Assembly (NCBI RefSeq): GCF_006345805.1
Contig: NC_043000.1
Span: forward strand, 3,658,001-3,722,000
Length of the DNA: 64,000 bases
Source: Octopus sinensis
Taxonomy: Eukaryota
Direction of reading: 5' to 3'
This document shows, in pieces, positions 50,196 to 63,730 of the stretch. Numbering within the stretch: position 1 is the first letter of the stretch; each line of letters opens with the position of its first letter. Below the pieces are notes generated by a model. It was not told the DNA's origin. It was given only the letters and a program-made list of their open reading frames with translations, and did not search any database. Both the position numbers and the translations under genes were made by a program.

Positions 50196-53067
50196 TAATT
50201 CAATGCTTGCAGGAGAGCCAGATTTGAAGATATGAGTCAATGAGAGTCTGCACATGGTTGCTTAGCCTGCTAGAAATAACAGTTAAATTTCTCTCGCTTT
50301 CCCTCAAACACATCTGAAAGTGTTGTAAAGGTGTACATGGTGTAAATTGTTGGAGTCATTATCATGTATCAGAGGAGTCTTATTTGAAATTTGTGAGGAA
50401 AAAAATTTCTTTATAAATAGAAAGAAACATAGAGTAATGTAGTCTGTGGAAAACTGTCTGAAAAGATAGGACAGAAAAGAAAGAGAGGCCTTTGATTATA
50501 ATCAAATAATATAATTATATGTCTGCTCAAACAGAACTAACTTTCATCTAAACAACAACTGTGCTGGTATAGAAGTGTTATGTATGGATGAATGAATGAA
50601 AAAATGTGACATGGGCTGGCAGTGGAAAGTACCTGTGGTAAAAGGCTCAGGAAGATGTGGAAAAAAGTGGTGAGAACAAGATCTCAAGTTGCTGAAGTTC
50701 ACAAACAAGATCCCCTAGAAACAACATTTACAATTTAGTGCTGTACACCTATCCAACATTCACAATGTACTTACTTAATTTAAACCAATAGAAATGGCAC
50801 CAAAATCTAAAGTGCCAGTCTCCCAAGAAAATGAAAGCCATATCTATACGTCACTGAAGTTATCATATGGCTAAAACAATACAACATAAAAACTGAGACA
50901 TTCATAATTTTTCTGACTGTTTGGTAATAAAGTAAAATTAAAGATTAGATTATGGCAGTGCATCCAAATGTCATTCATCACAAACTTACTACTTCTAATC
51001 CACTGTAGAAATGGTTATAGGGAAACATCCAGTTCTTTAAGAAGTCAAAAGCATGTGAGATTATTTCTAACTCTGGTGCAAAGTAACTGAACTGTTGAGA
51101 ATGAGCACAGAGTTGATGCAGATCCAATCAATCCCACTCCATAATTAGTACACATTTCAACTCAGATAAAAACCCAAGAGCAACAGAATTTGAACTCAAA
51201 ATGCAAAGAGGCAAAAACCAGTATGCAAATCCAGCATTCTACCTTTCTTCTTATCTCCATGATAAATATATTTAATCATTTCAGGACCAAAAACCCTCCA
51301 CCAATAGCAAAAATATCCTTTTCTCTAATGTTTCAAAATAATGTGAAAATCTATTCTACTCGCTAAAAAAAAGTCCTCTATGATTAACACATCAACATAA
51401 TATACTAATTATCTTAAATTTAAGCATCGCACATTATTTTACTAAACAATAGCTTCATTTAGACAAATGAGCAGTTGGAAGTGATATATGTTATTATAGG
51501 CTTCCAAATCGTAGCTCAGTGGAAAACTAAGAATGAAAAATAGTAAAAATAAAGGTGGCTAGTTGTGAAACAACTGAAAAGAAATAAACAGCTTTCTGTT
51601 TGCTTTCTGTAAAATAACAGTGTTTCATGGAGAGGAAAAGATATGTAATTGATTGTATAAGAGAGGAATATTTAGTTTCATTCAAGTTTCACATACATTG
51701 TATTGAACTTTACAATAATAACTAACAACACTTTAACTATAGATTCAAAGATAAAACAACATACATGAGCTTTATTTTATTTATTTTTCTATCAAACTTT
51801 GATATTTTCATTTCTGTTTTGTTCTTCCTCTCTTTCTCTCTCTCTCCCCTTCCCTCTCTATATATCTCCCTCTTTCTCCCCCTTTCCTTCTTTCTCTCTC
51901 TCCCTTTGTCTTTCTCACACATGCAGGAAATATCAATCAACTCAGAAGAAGCTTGTATACTGTGTTTATTTGCATTGCTAAAGAAATTATTATTATTATT
52001 ATTATTATGTTAGGAAACATGTAAAAAAATTCAAATGTATGTAAAACACCAGTTTTGATGCAAAAATAAATGTTGGAAAAAATGCATCCAGAAAATATCA
52101 AGATAAAAATTTCACTTTCAGGATGTTATAGTAATTCTTTTTGGTTTCTACCCAGGAAAGAACAGATAAAAAATGTAAAAAGAAGGTGGGAAGGAAATTT
52201 TAAAAAAATACAAACAAGATAGCAAGGCATACTATTTAGAATTATTCTATCTTTGAGGGGAAATACCTTTCTGCGAAACAAAGGACGTCTAAAAAATTAT
52301 TTCTGTATGATAAATAATGCTCATTTATAAAAACATAAAGAGATAAAACAACCTCTTCAACAGTAAATATATATTTTTTAATAACTAGTTTATGTATCAA
52401 AGGTAAAACAAAAAATCAACATTTATTGATTTGTTTTGATTACAATGGTATCAAATTTTGTATTATATCTAAAATGAGCACAGTCATTTTGTTTTTTGTT
52501 TTTTCCTTCATTTTTCTGTTACTCTCTTCAATAATTCCCTAATTCACTACCAATTACAATGTGTGCAGTAATCATGTCTATTCAAATGTTTGAAGCATCA
52601 CATTATATACTTTCCCGAGGTTCTTCAGCAAATATAGTTCATAAAATCAGGTAAGTCATTCCTTTGTAAATAAATAGCTTAAATGACATCGTTATGAAGA
52701 GATATTCAATTTGACAACCATGTTGGAAAGGAAGTATCCATTTTAGTGCTTCCTCAAGAACTTTTAATTGGAAATCAACATTTATATCAGTGATAGAAAT
52801 ATTTCCATTCCAGAATATGGACAAGTCATTTCAATATGCATGTTTCAATAAAAATAGCATGAAACTTCTATCGAGACAATAGACCATATTGAATAAATGT
52901 GACATTTGAAATTACTGAATGAGGAATTTCATTCAGATAAAGACACCATTAAGAGTGATCTTGACTATTTCCTATTCTGTTTACTTACAAACTGATGCTG
53001 ATAATACAATACATAAAGATAGTACATATAAAGGAGTGAGGACTGGAGGTCTAAGGAAACGAGTGAG

Positions 53068-53478
53068 TACTCTTTACTCTTTTACTCGTTTCAGTCATTT
53101 GACTGTGGCCATGCTGGAGCACCGCCTTTAATCGAGCAACTCGACCCCGGAACTTATTCTTTTTGTAAGCCCAGTACTTATTCTATCGGTCTCTTTTTGC
53201 CGAACCGCTAAGTAACGGGGACATAAACACACCAGCATCGGTTGTCAAGCAATGCTAGGAGGACAAACACAGACACACAAATATACACATACACATATAT
53301 ATATATACATATATACGACGAACTTCTTTCAGTTTCCGTCTACCAAATCCACTCACAAGGCTTTGGTCGGCCCGAGGCTATAGTAGAAGACACTTGCCCG
53401 AGGTGCCACACAGTGGGACTGAACCCGGAAGCATGTGGTTGGTAAACAAGCTACTTACCACACAGCCACTCCTGCGCC
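53068..53478 (-). mobile_element. SINE family A, full length
   Basis: Homologous to the other A copies. Confidence 0.92.
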
Positions 53479-53862
53479 TATTGGCAATAATTTAATTTTT
53501 CTAGTGGAATTTGTGGGTTGAAAAAATATGAAATTTCATTGAAGTCAACCTCTCCATATGCAGAAAACTACATTACATACACATTTCAAAAACTATATTG
53601 AATAAAACTAGATTTAAAATTTTATAAAATCCTCAACCTGAGAATTTGATTTCATGTCAACTTGTTTGAAACATGAACATCTTACAATAGACAAAGAAAA
53701 TGTGCCCTAGATATTGGAGCCATTTTATGTGTTCCAACAAGTTAAACTATCTTTTATATAGTTACTTGATCTGTTAGAAATAGCAGTCAGATTCCCACTC
53801 CGCCCCCTCTCTCTCTCTCACAAACACAAATATACACATATATATATATATATATATATATA

Positions 53863-54217
53863 GGCGCAGGAGTGGCTGTGTGTAAGTAGCTTGCTTACCA
53901 GCCACATCATTCCAGGTTCGGTCCCACTGTGTGGCACCTTGGGCAAGTGTCTTCTACTATAGCCTCGGCCAACCAAAGCCTTGTGAGTGGATTTCGTAGA
54001 CGGAACTGAAGAAGCCCATCGTATATATGTATATATATTATATATATATATAGGCGCAGGAGTGGCTGTGTGGTAAGTAGCTTGCTTACCAGCCACATCA
54101 TTCCAGGTTCGGTCCCACTGTGTGGCACCTTGGGCAAGTGTCTTCTACTATAGCCTCGGGCCAACCAAAGCCTTGTGAGTGGATTTCGTAGACGGAAACT
54201 GAAAGAAGCCCATCGTA

Positions 54218-54257
<40 letters not shown>

Positions 54258-54432
54258 TGTATGTGTGTGTATATGTTTGTGTGTCTGTGTTTGTCCCCCC
54301 AACATCGTATGTCCCCATAACTTAGCGGTTAGGCTTACAAAGAATAAGTCCTGGGGTCGATTTGCTCAACTAAAGGCAGTGCTCCAGCATGGCCACAGTC
54401 AAATGACTGAAAAAAGTAAAAGAGTAAAGAGT
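53863..54432 (+). mobile_element. SINE family A with tandemly duplicated 5' half and an internal deletion
   Basis: Heads start at 53863 and 54053 and share private variants. Confidence 0.85.
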
Positions 54433-54544
54433 ATATGTATATTTTTCTCTTGGGCCTTAAGAGTCATAAAGCCAGCTACTGAGTTTCCATGTTTCCATGA
54501 CATACAAGTGATCACAGTTACAACATTCCCCTGAACAGGACACC

Positions 54545-54680
54545 AGCTCATATTTTATCAACTCTTGAAAGGATGAAAGACGTTAACCTCAACTCGATTT
54601 GAATTCAGAACACAAAGACTTGTAAGAAATGCTACTAAGTATTTCATCAGATGTGCTAACAATTCTGCCAGCTCACAAAC
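54545..54680 (-). mobile_element. SINE family D fragment
   Basis: ggatgaaag...gaattcagaa...atgtgctaacaattctgccagctcac. Confidence 0.6.
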
Positions 54681-54808
54681 AGACATCTTAAAAAATGGAA
54701 ATAACACATTGGATAATATAGATTATGTTATACTACTCTAAAAAACAAACAAAAAGATCATAATGATGGCTGTAATATTTATGACCATAAGCCTACCACA
54801 TTTATAGA

Positions 54809-55192
54809 CATGGAGGCGCAATGGCCCAGTGGTTAGGGCAGCGGACTCGCGGTCATAGGATCGCGGTTTCAATTCCCAGACCGGGCGTTGTGAGTGTTTA
54901 TTGATCGAAAAACACCTAAAGCTCCACGAGGCTCCGGCAGGGATAGTGGTGATCCCTGCTGTACTCTTTCAGCACAACTTTCTCTCACTCTTACTTCCTG
55001 TTTCTGTTGTACCTGTATTTCAAAGGGCCGGCCTTGTCACTCTCTGTGTCACGCTGAATATCCCTGAGAACTACGTTAAGGGTACATGTGTCTGTGGAGT
55101 GCTCAGCCACTTACACGTTAATTTCACGAGCAGGCTGTTCCGTTGATCGGATCAACCGGAACCCTCGTCATCGCAACCGACGGAGTGCTTCC
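54809..55192 (+). mobile_element. tRNA-head SINE with a different body but tail type 1; clean TSD
   Basis: 14-bp TSD accacatttataga at 54795-54808 and 55193-55206; 3' ~185 bp shared with 5970-6290. Confidence 0.9.
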
Positions 55193-55452
55193 ACCACATT
55201 TATAGAGCTAAACATGGTTCCAAAATAGCAAAGTGACAGCAAAGTTCATATTTTCAGTGTATCAAACTAGCGTACAATTTCTAGTTACTGAGGGTCAAAA
55301 CTTCTTAGTCATAAATTCCTTACACTCATTTAAATGAAAAATAGAAATTGAGATCTTTTACTTCTTAATATAAGGTTACAAAAAAGAAGGCTGCTCAAAG
55401 AGACTTGACAGTAAGTGATATGAAGATGAAAATCAATTTGAAATAAATATAG

Positions 55453-55894
55453 GGTGGCACGTAAAATACACCAATCCGACCGTACGACAGGCACCCATGC
55501 CAACCCCCTTTGCTTGCGAAGACATATTGGGGCAAGCGAAAGCGAAATCGAAATCGAATTGAACCAGCCAGGATCCCTGGTCTGGTGGTATGTAAAAGCA
55601 CTATCCGACTTGTGGCCAATGCCAGCGCCGCCTCGACTGGCTTCCGTGCCGGTGGCACATATAATACACCAATCCGACCGTGGCCGTTGCCAGCCTCGCC
55701 TGGCACCTGTGCAGGTGGCACATAAAAAGCACCCACTACACTCATGGAGTGGTTGGCATTAGAAAGGGCATCCAGCCGTAGAAACACTGCCAAATCTGAC
55801 TGGGCCTGATGAAGCCTTCCGGCTTCACAGACCCCAGTTAAACCGTCCAACCCATGCTAGCATGGAAAACGGATGCTAAATGATGATGATGATG
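55453..55894 (+). mobile_element. Family C element, insert-bearing subfamily
   Basis: Closely similar to 14338-14795. Confidence 0.88.
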
Positions 55895-56176
55895 CACATT
55901 TCAATTTGTAATCATCATTTTAACATTTACTTTACCATGCTTGCATGGGTCAGGTGAAATTTGTTAAGGCTGATTTTCTATTGTTTGATGCTCTTCCTGT
56001 CACCAACCCTCAAATGTTTCCAAGCAGATAATATTTCTCCATTGTCAGACATGTTTTCACTGCAGACTGGAAATACAGTAATCCCTGGCCATACTGCAGT
56101 TCATTATTTAAGCTTATATTGATTCCTCCATGGTGTTGTTTTGCCTTTATTATAAAATAAATATTTTTTCTTTTTT

Positions 56177-56579
56177 CTTTTACTTGTTTCAGTCATTTGA
56201 CTGCGGCCATGCTGGAGCACCACCTTTAGTCGAGCAAATCGACCCTAGAGCTTATTCTCTGTAAGCCTAGTACTTATTCTATCGATCTCTTTTGTCGAAC
56301 CACTAAGTTGTGGTGACATAAACACACCAGCATCGATTCTCAAGCGATGTTGAGGGGAGAAACATGGACACACAAACATTTAGACACATACACACACACA
56401 CACACACATATATATATGACAGGCTTCTTCCAGTTTCCGTCTACCAAATTTAATTACAAGGCTTTGGTTGGGTCGAGGCTATAGTAGAAGACACTTGCCC
56501 AAGATGCCATGCAGTGGGACTGAACCCATGACCATGTGGCTGGTAACCAAGCTACATACCACACAGCCACTCCTGTGCC
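56177..56579 (-). mobile_element. SINE family A
   Basis: Homologous to the other A copies. Confidence 0.88.
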
Positions 56580-56738
56580 CATACAAATTATAAAAATAAT
56601 TTTAAAAAAATATACAGTACTGTTTCTACTTTGTGGACGTTCACCTACTGTGGAAGGTTTTGGAATATAATACCCGCGATAGCCGAGGGGTTACTGTAAA
56701 GGTTACTGCTTATATGAATGTGAACTTGTTTAGGACTA

Positions 56739-57584
56739 TAAGGTGTTTGGGCTAAATTTGATAGCTTGTATAACGGGAAAAGAAAATATCCCATCCAAAA
56801 GTAAAAGTGTTTTAAAAGATTAGAAAATAATCAACTAGATTATGACTGAGAGATAACACTTTACTCAAAGTAACTCCCTTCAGCTTCCAACACAGCCTCA
56901 AGCCAGCTCCAGAACTTGGCACTAGTATTCCTCCCTGTGTCTCTAGGAAGATCTTTGAGCACCTTAATCCTTGTGTTGAAGGCAGAGTGGTTGGTATCTT
57001 TCTCAACCACAACCCACACATAGTAATCCATGGGATTACAATCAGGGGAATCAGAGAGCCAGAAATTAGGGCTGGAGAAGTCATAGAAATTCTCTGACAA
57101 CCACTTCTGACTCTTTCTGGAGGTATAGCAAGGAACTAAATCCTGCTGCCACACATATGGCTTTCCAGCAGTAACCCTCTCCAATTGCTTCACATAGCCA
57201 TCTGAAATGATCCCAAGGCCCTGTTTAAAAGTCTGAAGCATGCAGACATAGTCAGAATGCCTTCTGTACCCCTACCTGCTAGCCACATCTTTGTAGTTTC
57301 CATTGCAGCTGTCCATGTCATGTCTTACAATCTTTACAGTGTTCACACAGCATTGAGCAGCAGTCATGATATCGGCATTTTGATACCTAGTATGAATCAT
57401 CATGATACAAATATCTCTTTTCCAATATTCAGATGGCCTCCAGTCCTCCATATTAGCTAATTTTTTCTCAACTACAGCTTTAATCTTTAAGTTTTCCAAT
57501 GCCATTGAATGCTCATCAATACATCAAACTGTTATTGAAATACAGAGACTTAAAATATCATCAAATTTAGCCTGAACTCTGTGT
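56739..57584 (-). mobile_element. maT/DD37D transposon, internally deleted
   Basis: ORF 56861-57241: PYVWQQD...SPDCNPMDYYVW with 37-residue spacing; TIR core ggctaaatttgat at both ends. Confidence 0.8.
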
Positions 57585-57609
57585 ATAGTGTGATGTCAAG
57601 ACAAGAAAG

Positions 57610-57790
57610 CACAAACACACACACAACCATACACACACACACACACAAAGCTTCTTTCAGTTCCTATCTACTAAATCCACCCACAACGTTTTGGTCAGGC
57701 CAGAGCTATAGTGGAAGGCACTTTCCCAAGGTGTCATGCAGTGAGACTGAATTTGAAATCTCAAGATTAGGAAGTGAACTTCTTAACCAT
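57610..57790 (-). mobile_element. SINE family A, decayed 5' half
   Basis: cttctttcagttcctatctactaaatccac...cactttcccaagg. Confidence 0.6.
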
Positions 57791-57984
57791 TTACTATCAT
57801 CTACAGCATATATTATCTCCAGAGTCAATTTTTTAAAGCCAACAAAGGGAACTACATGCCCATTTGACCTATCACAAATAGTAGCTACATCTCATAATCA
57901 CCCTTCTATCTTCAATAAAGGATATATTGAACAATGTCTTCCTTGATATTCAACAAAAGTGGACTATTGCAACTGGAATGCTTT

Positions 57985-58300
57985 GGTTATAGAGTACCAA
58001 AGTGCTTTTATGAGCCACTAGCATGGGTGCCATTTGTATGGCACATCCAGCAAAGCATACTGGCTTCATTTCTTTCAAGCTTATGCATGTCATTAGCTGT
58101 CACAGCCCATGTTCCACTTCTGTGTAGCATAGCTGTTCACACAGGCATCATACAATCTGCCTTTCACTCTGAGGGAAAGGCTCTTTGTTGCCAGCAGAGG
58201 TAGGAGCTCTCTGAACTTTGCCTAACCTAATCTTATTCACAGCTATGCTCTTGGAACATCTATTCCCGCTACTAACTTGGTCACCTAGATAACAGAAGCA
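57985..58300 (-). mobile_element. RTE LINE fragment (post-RT region)
   Basis: Minus translation: AKFRELLPLLATKSLSLRVKGRLYDACV. Confidence 0.75.
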
Positions 58301-58930
58301 TCACAACCATACTTTGGTACTCTATAACCAGAAGTCTCGAAATTACAAGACTGCAAATTCAGACTGTAAAATAAGATATGCCAGAGTAATAAATAGACTA
58401 TTGGCATTCTGGTGCACTCATTAAGTCATTTCGTAAATAATGTATGAGAAATTATAGTTGAAATTTTTGGCCATGTAATAATGTTAGAAATTATTTATAA
58501 TTATAGGAAGGAGTAAATGGCATTAATAGAGAATTGAATGAAATGCTTTCTGGTATTTAGTTATGTTCAAATTTTGCCTTTCATTCATACGAGGCTCATA
58601 ATATAATGTACCACTCAAGTAGTGGGGTTGATTTAGTCAACATACTCCTTTCACTTTGCATCCATGTTAGAAATTATTATTATTACTACTATTACTGAGA
58701 GGTTGGTAGGACCCATAGAGAGTCTGACGAAATACTTTGTGGTGTTTTGTTATACATGACTGATTTAAGTATGAATGTTGCTGAGGTTGGCTTTACTTTT
58801 CCTCGTTCTGTAGTCAATAAAACAAAGTACCAGTTACATATGAGGATCATTCAAATTGATTACACCTACTCCAAGTTCAAGGCCTTGTGCCTGAGTTAGA
58901 AATCACTATTATTTAAAAAGATAAAACAAA

Positions 58931-60707
58931 TCATTATTATTTATTATTATTATTATTATCATTATTATTATCATTGTTATCATTATTATTATTATTATAT
59001 TATTGTTATCATTATTATTATTATTGTTATCATTATTATTATTATTATTATTATTGTTATCATTATTATTATTATTATTACTATCATCATTATTGTTATC
59101 ATTATTATTATTATTATTATTGTTATCATTATTATTATTATTATTACTATCATCATATTGTTATCATTATTATTATTATTATTATTGTTATCATTATTAT
59201 TATTATTATTACTATCATCATTATTGTTATCATTATTATATTATTATTATTGTTATCATTATTATTATTATTATTACTATCATCATTATTGTTATCATTA
59301 TATTATTATTATTATTGTTATCATATTATTATTATTATTACTATCATCATTATTGTTATCATTATTATTATTATTATTATTGTTATCATTATTATTATTA
59401 TATTATTATTATTATTATTGTTATCATTATATTATTATTATTATTGTTATTATTATTATTATATTACTATCATCATTATTGTTATCATTATTATATTATT
59501 ATTATTGTTATCATATTATATATTATTATTACTATCATCATTATTGTTATCATTATTATTATTATTATTATTGTTATCATTATTATTATTATTATTACTA
59601 TCATCATTATTGTTATCATTATTAATTATTATTATTGTTATCATTATATTATTATTATTACTATCATCATTATCATTATTATTATTATATTATTATTATT
59701 ATTATTGTTATCATTATTATTATTATTATTATTACTATCATCATTATTGTTATCATTATTATTATTATTATTATTGTTATCATTATTATTATTATTATTA
59801 CTATCATCATTATTGTTATCATTATTATTATTATTATTATTGTTATCATTATTATTATTATTATTACTATCATCATTATTGTTATCATTATTATTATTAT
59901 TATTGTTATCATTATTATTATTATATTACTATCATCATTATTGTTATCATTATTATTATTATTATTATTGTTATCATTATTATTATTATTATTACTATCA
60001 TCATTATTGTTATCATTATTATTATTATTATTACTATCATCATTATCATTATTATTATTATTGTTATCATTATATTATTATTGTTATCATTATTATTATT
60101 ATTGTTATCATTATTATTATATTATTACTATCATCATTATTGTTATCATTATTATTATTATTATTATTGTTATCATTTTATTATTATTATTACTATCATC
60201 ATTATTGTTATCATTATATTATTATTATTATTGTTATCATATTATTATTATTATTATTATTATATTATTATTATTGTTATCATTATTATTATTATTATTA
60301 TTGTTATCATTATTATATTATTATTACTATCATCATTATTGTTATCATTATTATTATTATTATTATTGTTATCATTATTATTATTATTATTACTATCATC
60401 ATTATTGTTATCATTATTATTATTATTATATTGTTATCATTATTATTATTATTATACTATCATCATTATTGTTATCATTATTATTATTATTATTATTGTT
60501 ATCATTATTATTATTATTATTATTATCATTATTATTATTATGTTATCATTATTATTATTATTATTACTATCATCATTATCATTATTATTATTATTGTTAT
60601 CATTATTATTATTATTGTTATCATTATTATTATTATTGTATCATTATATTATTATTATTATTATCATTATTATTATTATTATCATTATTATTATTATTAT
60701 TACTATC

Positions 60708-60747
<40 letters not shown>
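58931..60747. repeat. (ATT)-based array with ~66-bp higher-order period
   Basis: 'actatcatc' recurs at 59080, 59146, 59211, 59276 and at 59734, 59800, 59866. Confidence 0.92.
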
Positions 60748-60748
<1 letters not shown>

Positions 60749-60751
60749 GAA

Positions 60752-60984
60752 TGTGATGAGGTGGAAGAATTGTTAGCATGCTGGACATAATGCTTAGCAA
60801 TATTTCATCCATCTTCATAGTCTGAGCTCAAAATTCCTCCAAGGTTAACTTTGCCTTTCATCCTTTCAGGGTTGATAAGTACCAGTTGAGCACTGGGGTC
60901 GATGTAACTGACTTACCCCCTCCCCCAAAATTGATGCCCTTGTGCCAAAATTTGAAACCATTATTATTATTACTATTATTATTA

Positions 60985-61017
<33 letters not shown>

Positions 61018-61030
61018 CATTATTATTATT
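60752..61030 (+). mobile_element. SINE family D with (ATT)n tail
   Basis: gaattgttagcatgc...ctttgcctttcatcctttcaggg...gtgccaaaatttgaaacc(att)n. Confidence 0.78.
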
Positions 61031-61409
61031 AATGTAATCAATCATTACTGTAATTATTGTAACATGATTAGAAGGGTGTGATATGTAGTAAAAAAAAAAT
61101 GACTTGGCTAACTGAGCAATATTTCAACAGTATGCCTGTCTTCCTCAGTTGCAAAATAAGACATCAATAATGAAAATACACGGAGAACAAAAACCTATTT
61201 ATAGGTTTCACTTATTCATAACTGGTTAATCTGCTTAGAGCATGGAAAAAGCAGAGAAAACGAGTGAAGGTGTGACTTCATGGTTGGTAAAAAGCAGGTG
61301 AGTGAGAAGAATAAAAAAATAAAAGATTAGTGAAATAATGTTGTCGCATGTGCTGAGGACAGATCCGGTAAAGAAATTATTATTGTTATAATTATTATTA
61401 CTATCATTA

Positions 61410-61950
61410 AGACGGTGAACTACCAGAATCATTAGCAAGCCGGGCAAAATGCTTAGCAGTATTTTGTCTCCCACTACTTTCTGAGTTCAAATTCTGCTAA
61501 GATCAACTTTGCCTTTCATCCTTTTAGGATCAATAAATTAAGTACCAGTGAAACACTGGGGTCAATGAAATTGACTAGTCTCCTTCTCCAAATTTTAAGC
61601 CCTGTGGCACGTAAAAAGCACCATCCGAATCGTGGCCAAAGCCAGTGCCGCCTCGACTGGCTTCCGTGCAGGTGGCACGTAAAATGCACCAATCTGACCG
61701 TGGCCGATGCCAGCCTCGCCTGGCACCAGTGCAGGTGGCACGTAAAAAGCACCCACTACACTCATGGAGTGGTTGGCGTTAGGAAGGGCATCCAGCTGTA
61801 GAAACATTGCCAGATAAGACCGGAGCCTGGTGCAGCCTTCTGACTTCCCAGATCCCCGGTCGAACCATCCAACCCATGCTATCATGGATATCAGACGTTA
61901 AACGATGATGATGATGTGCCTTTAGTAGAAAGTATTATTATTATTATCAT
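61410..61950 (+). mobile_element. SINE family D interrupted by a family C element (61607-61914)
   Basis: tgtg duplicated at 61603-61606 and 61915-61918; the D tail resumes after the C (ATG)n tail. Confidence 0.8.
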
Positions 61951-61959
61951 GATATTCTT

Positions 61960-63255
61960 CTGCAGGCTATCTCAAAGGTGAGTGACAATGATTTTATCTT
62001 TGTGGCTGGGAATTTCAATGAGCATGTCGGACGGCAGCCTGGTATCTTCCATGGTGTACACGGGGGCCATGGAATTGGTTACTGAAATGAAGAGGGAACA
62101 AGGCTATTGGAGTTCTGTGATGCAAATAACCTATTGATTTGCAACACCAACTTCAGGAAGCCAGCCAGCCACCTGATAACCTACCAATCAGGTGACTGTG
62201 CTTGCCAGATCGATTACATTCTCACCAGAGAAATACAAATACCTTTCCTGGTGAAGAATGTATCTGCCAGCATAGACTAGTCATTAGACCAGAAGGATGT
62301 CAAAAAGCAGACAAATCTGGAAAAGAAGGATTTGAAAGATTAAGGACATTTCATATGGTCAGAGATGTAGGGACATCCTAATTGAGAAATTTAATGAGAG
62401 GGAGGAGGAGCTACAAATTGTGGAACGGAGGGCAACTGGGAATTCCTGCAGGACAGCTTGCAAAGTCCTATCCAGACCTAGGGTGACATGGTGGTGGAAT
62501 AATGCTGTAGACAGGGCCATTAGAGCAAAGAAATAAGCCTGGAAGGCCTGGTAGAGTGGGGGTAGCAGGGAACTGTATCAGATAGCCAGAAAGGAGGCTA
62601 AAAGACAGGTATATCTAGCCAAGGGAGAAGCAGAAAAGAAGTTTGCCAATGTTTAACGATGTGAGGATCAAAGACTTGCAGTGTTTCTGATTGCAAAGAC
62701 AGTGTGTGAGAGAAAATTGTGATGTCATAAGAGAGAACTGTGTCCGCATGGATGATGGTGCCCTTGCATTTAATGATTCTGCAAAGAAAGAGGCTTAGAA
62801 ACACCATTATGAAAGACTGTTGAACATGGAGAATAAATGGGAGAAGGAGAGCCTGCCAAATGGTGACCCAATTGAGGGACCAGCTATCCAAATTGAGAGT
62901 ACCTTGGTAGATAAAGCAATTAAGGATATGAAGATAGGGAAAGCCCCAGGGCCATCAGGAATCACAGCTGAGATGTTTAAAATATCTGACAGTGTGGGTT
63001 GTGGTCTAGTCACCCATATTGTAAATCAGGTAGTTCAAAAAGGAGTCATACCCAATGACTGGTGTAGAAGCACTATAGTCAACTACTACAAAGGTAAAGC
63101 TGATACCGTAGATAGAAATAATTACAGAAGTATCAAATTGTTGGATCAGGTGATGAAAGTTACGGAGAGGGTCATAACCCAACTAATTAGGAAGAGAGTT
63201 AGTCTAGATGAGAGAAAGTTTGGTTTTGTACTAGGTAGAAGCACCACTGTCTTGC
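61960..63255 (+). mobile_element. RTE-clade LINE remnant (APE endonuclease C-terminus to RT N-terminus)
   Basis: GNFNEHVG..GTRLLEFCDANNLLICNTNFRK..QIDYIL, then ORF 62820-63311 with GKAPGPSGITAEM..KGK..NNYRSIKLL..FGFVLGRST; many stops and frameshifts. Confidence 0.88.
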
Positions 63256-63384
63256 AACATTTGTTCTTGCCAAGGTCAACCAGCATTTTATCTCCAGAGT
63301 CAATAAAATAATGTACCAATCAAGGATTAGGTCAATGTAATTAAACAACTCCTCACTCCAAATTTCCAAGCCATGTGCTTAAGT

Positions 63385-63570
63385 CAACCTTGGTAAAATT
63401 TCAGTTCAAAATTCTGCTAAGGTCAATTTTGCCTTTCATCCTTTCAGAGTCAATGAAATAAGTACCAGTTGAGTACTGGGGGTCAATGTAATCATTTAGC
63501 TCCTTCCTCAAATTTCATGCTTTGTGCCAATAGTAGAAAGGATTATTATTATCATTATTATAATTATTAC
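63385..63570 (+). mobile_element. SINE family D 3' part
   Basis: ttgcctttcatcctttcagagtcaatgaaataagtaccag...gattattatt. Confidence 0.7.
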
Positions 63571-63574
63571 TTAT

Positions 63575-63730
63575 ATACACACAACAGATTAGACTGTTGG
63601 AAAAGAAAAATTCCTAACATCAGGCTACAAGTAACCTTAGATGCTAAGAACCCTCCAAAGTATCTTAGATGTCCCTTATAACACTCTATCCATCTGTTCA
63701 AATCTTTAGGGATAGTTCCTAATGCACCTA
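63575..63730 (-). mobile_element. R4/Dong-like RLE LINE C-terminal fragment
   Basis: Minus translation IGALGTIPKDLNRWIE resembles the conserved 'GALG.P' motif at the end of R4-group ORFs (recalled, not verified). Confidence 0.45.

Noticed and set aside
55803-55830. CUGAUGA-AGCC-UUCC-GGCU hairpin
   Set aside because: No GAAA follows; it is ordinary family C sequence.
58974-60790. 600-aa, 595-aa and 373-aa ORFs
   Set aside because: Stop-free reading of an (ATT)n array; the composition is only I/L/Y/H/C.
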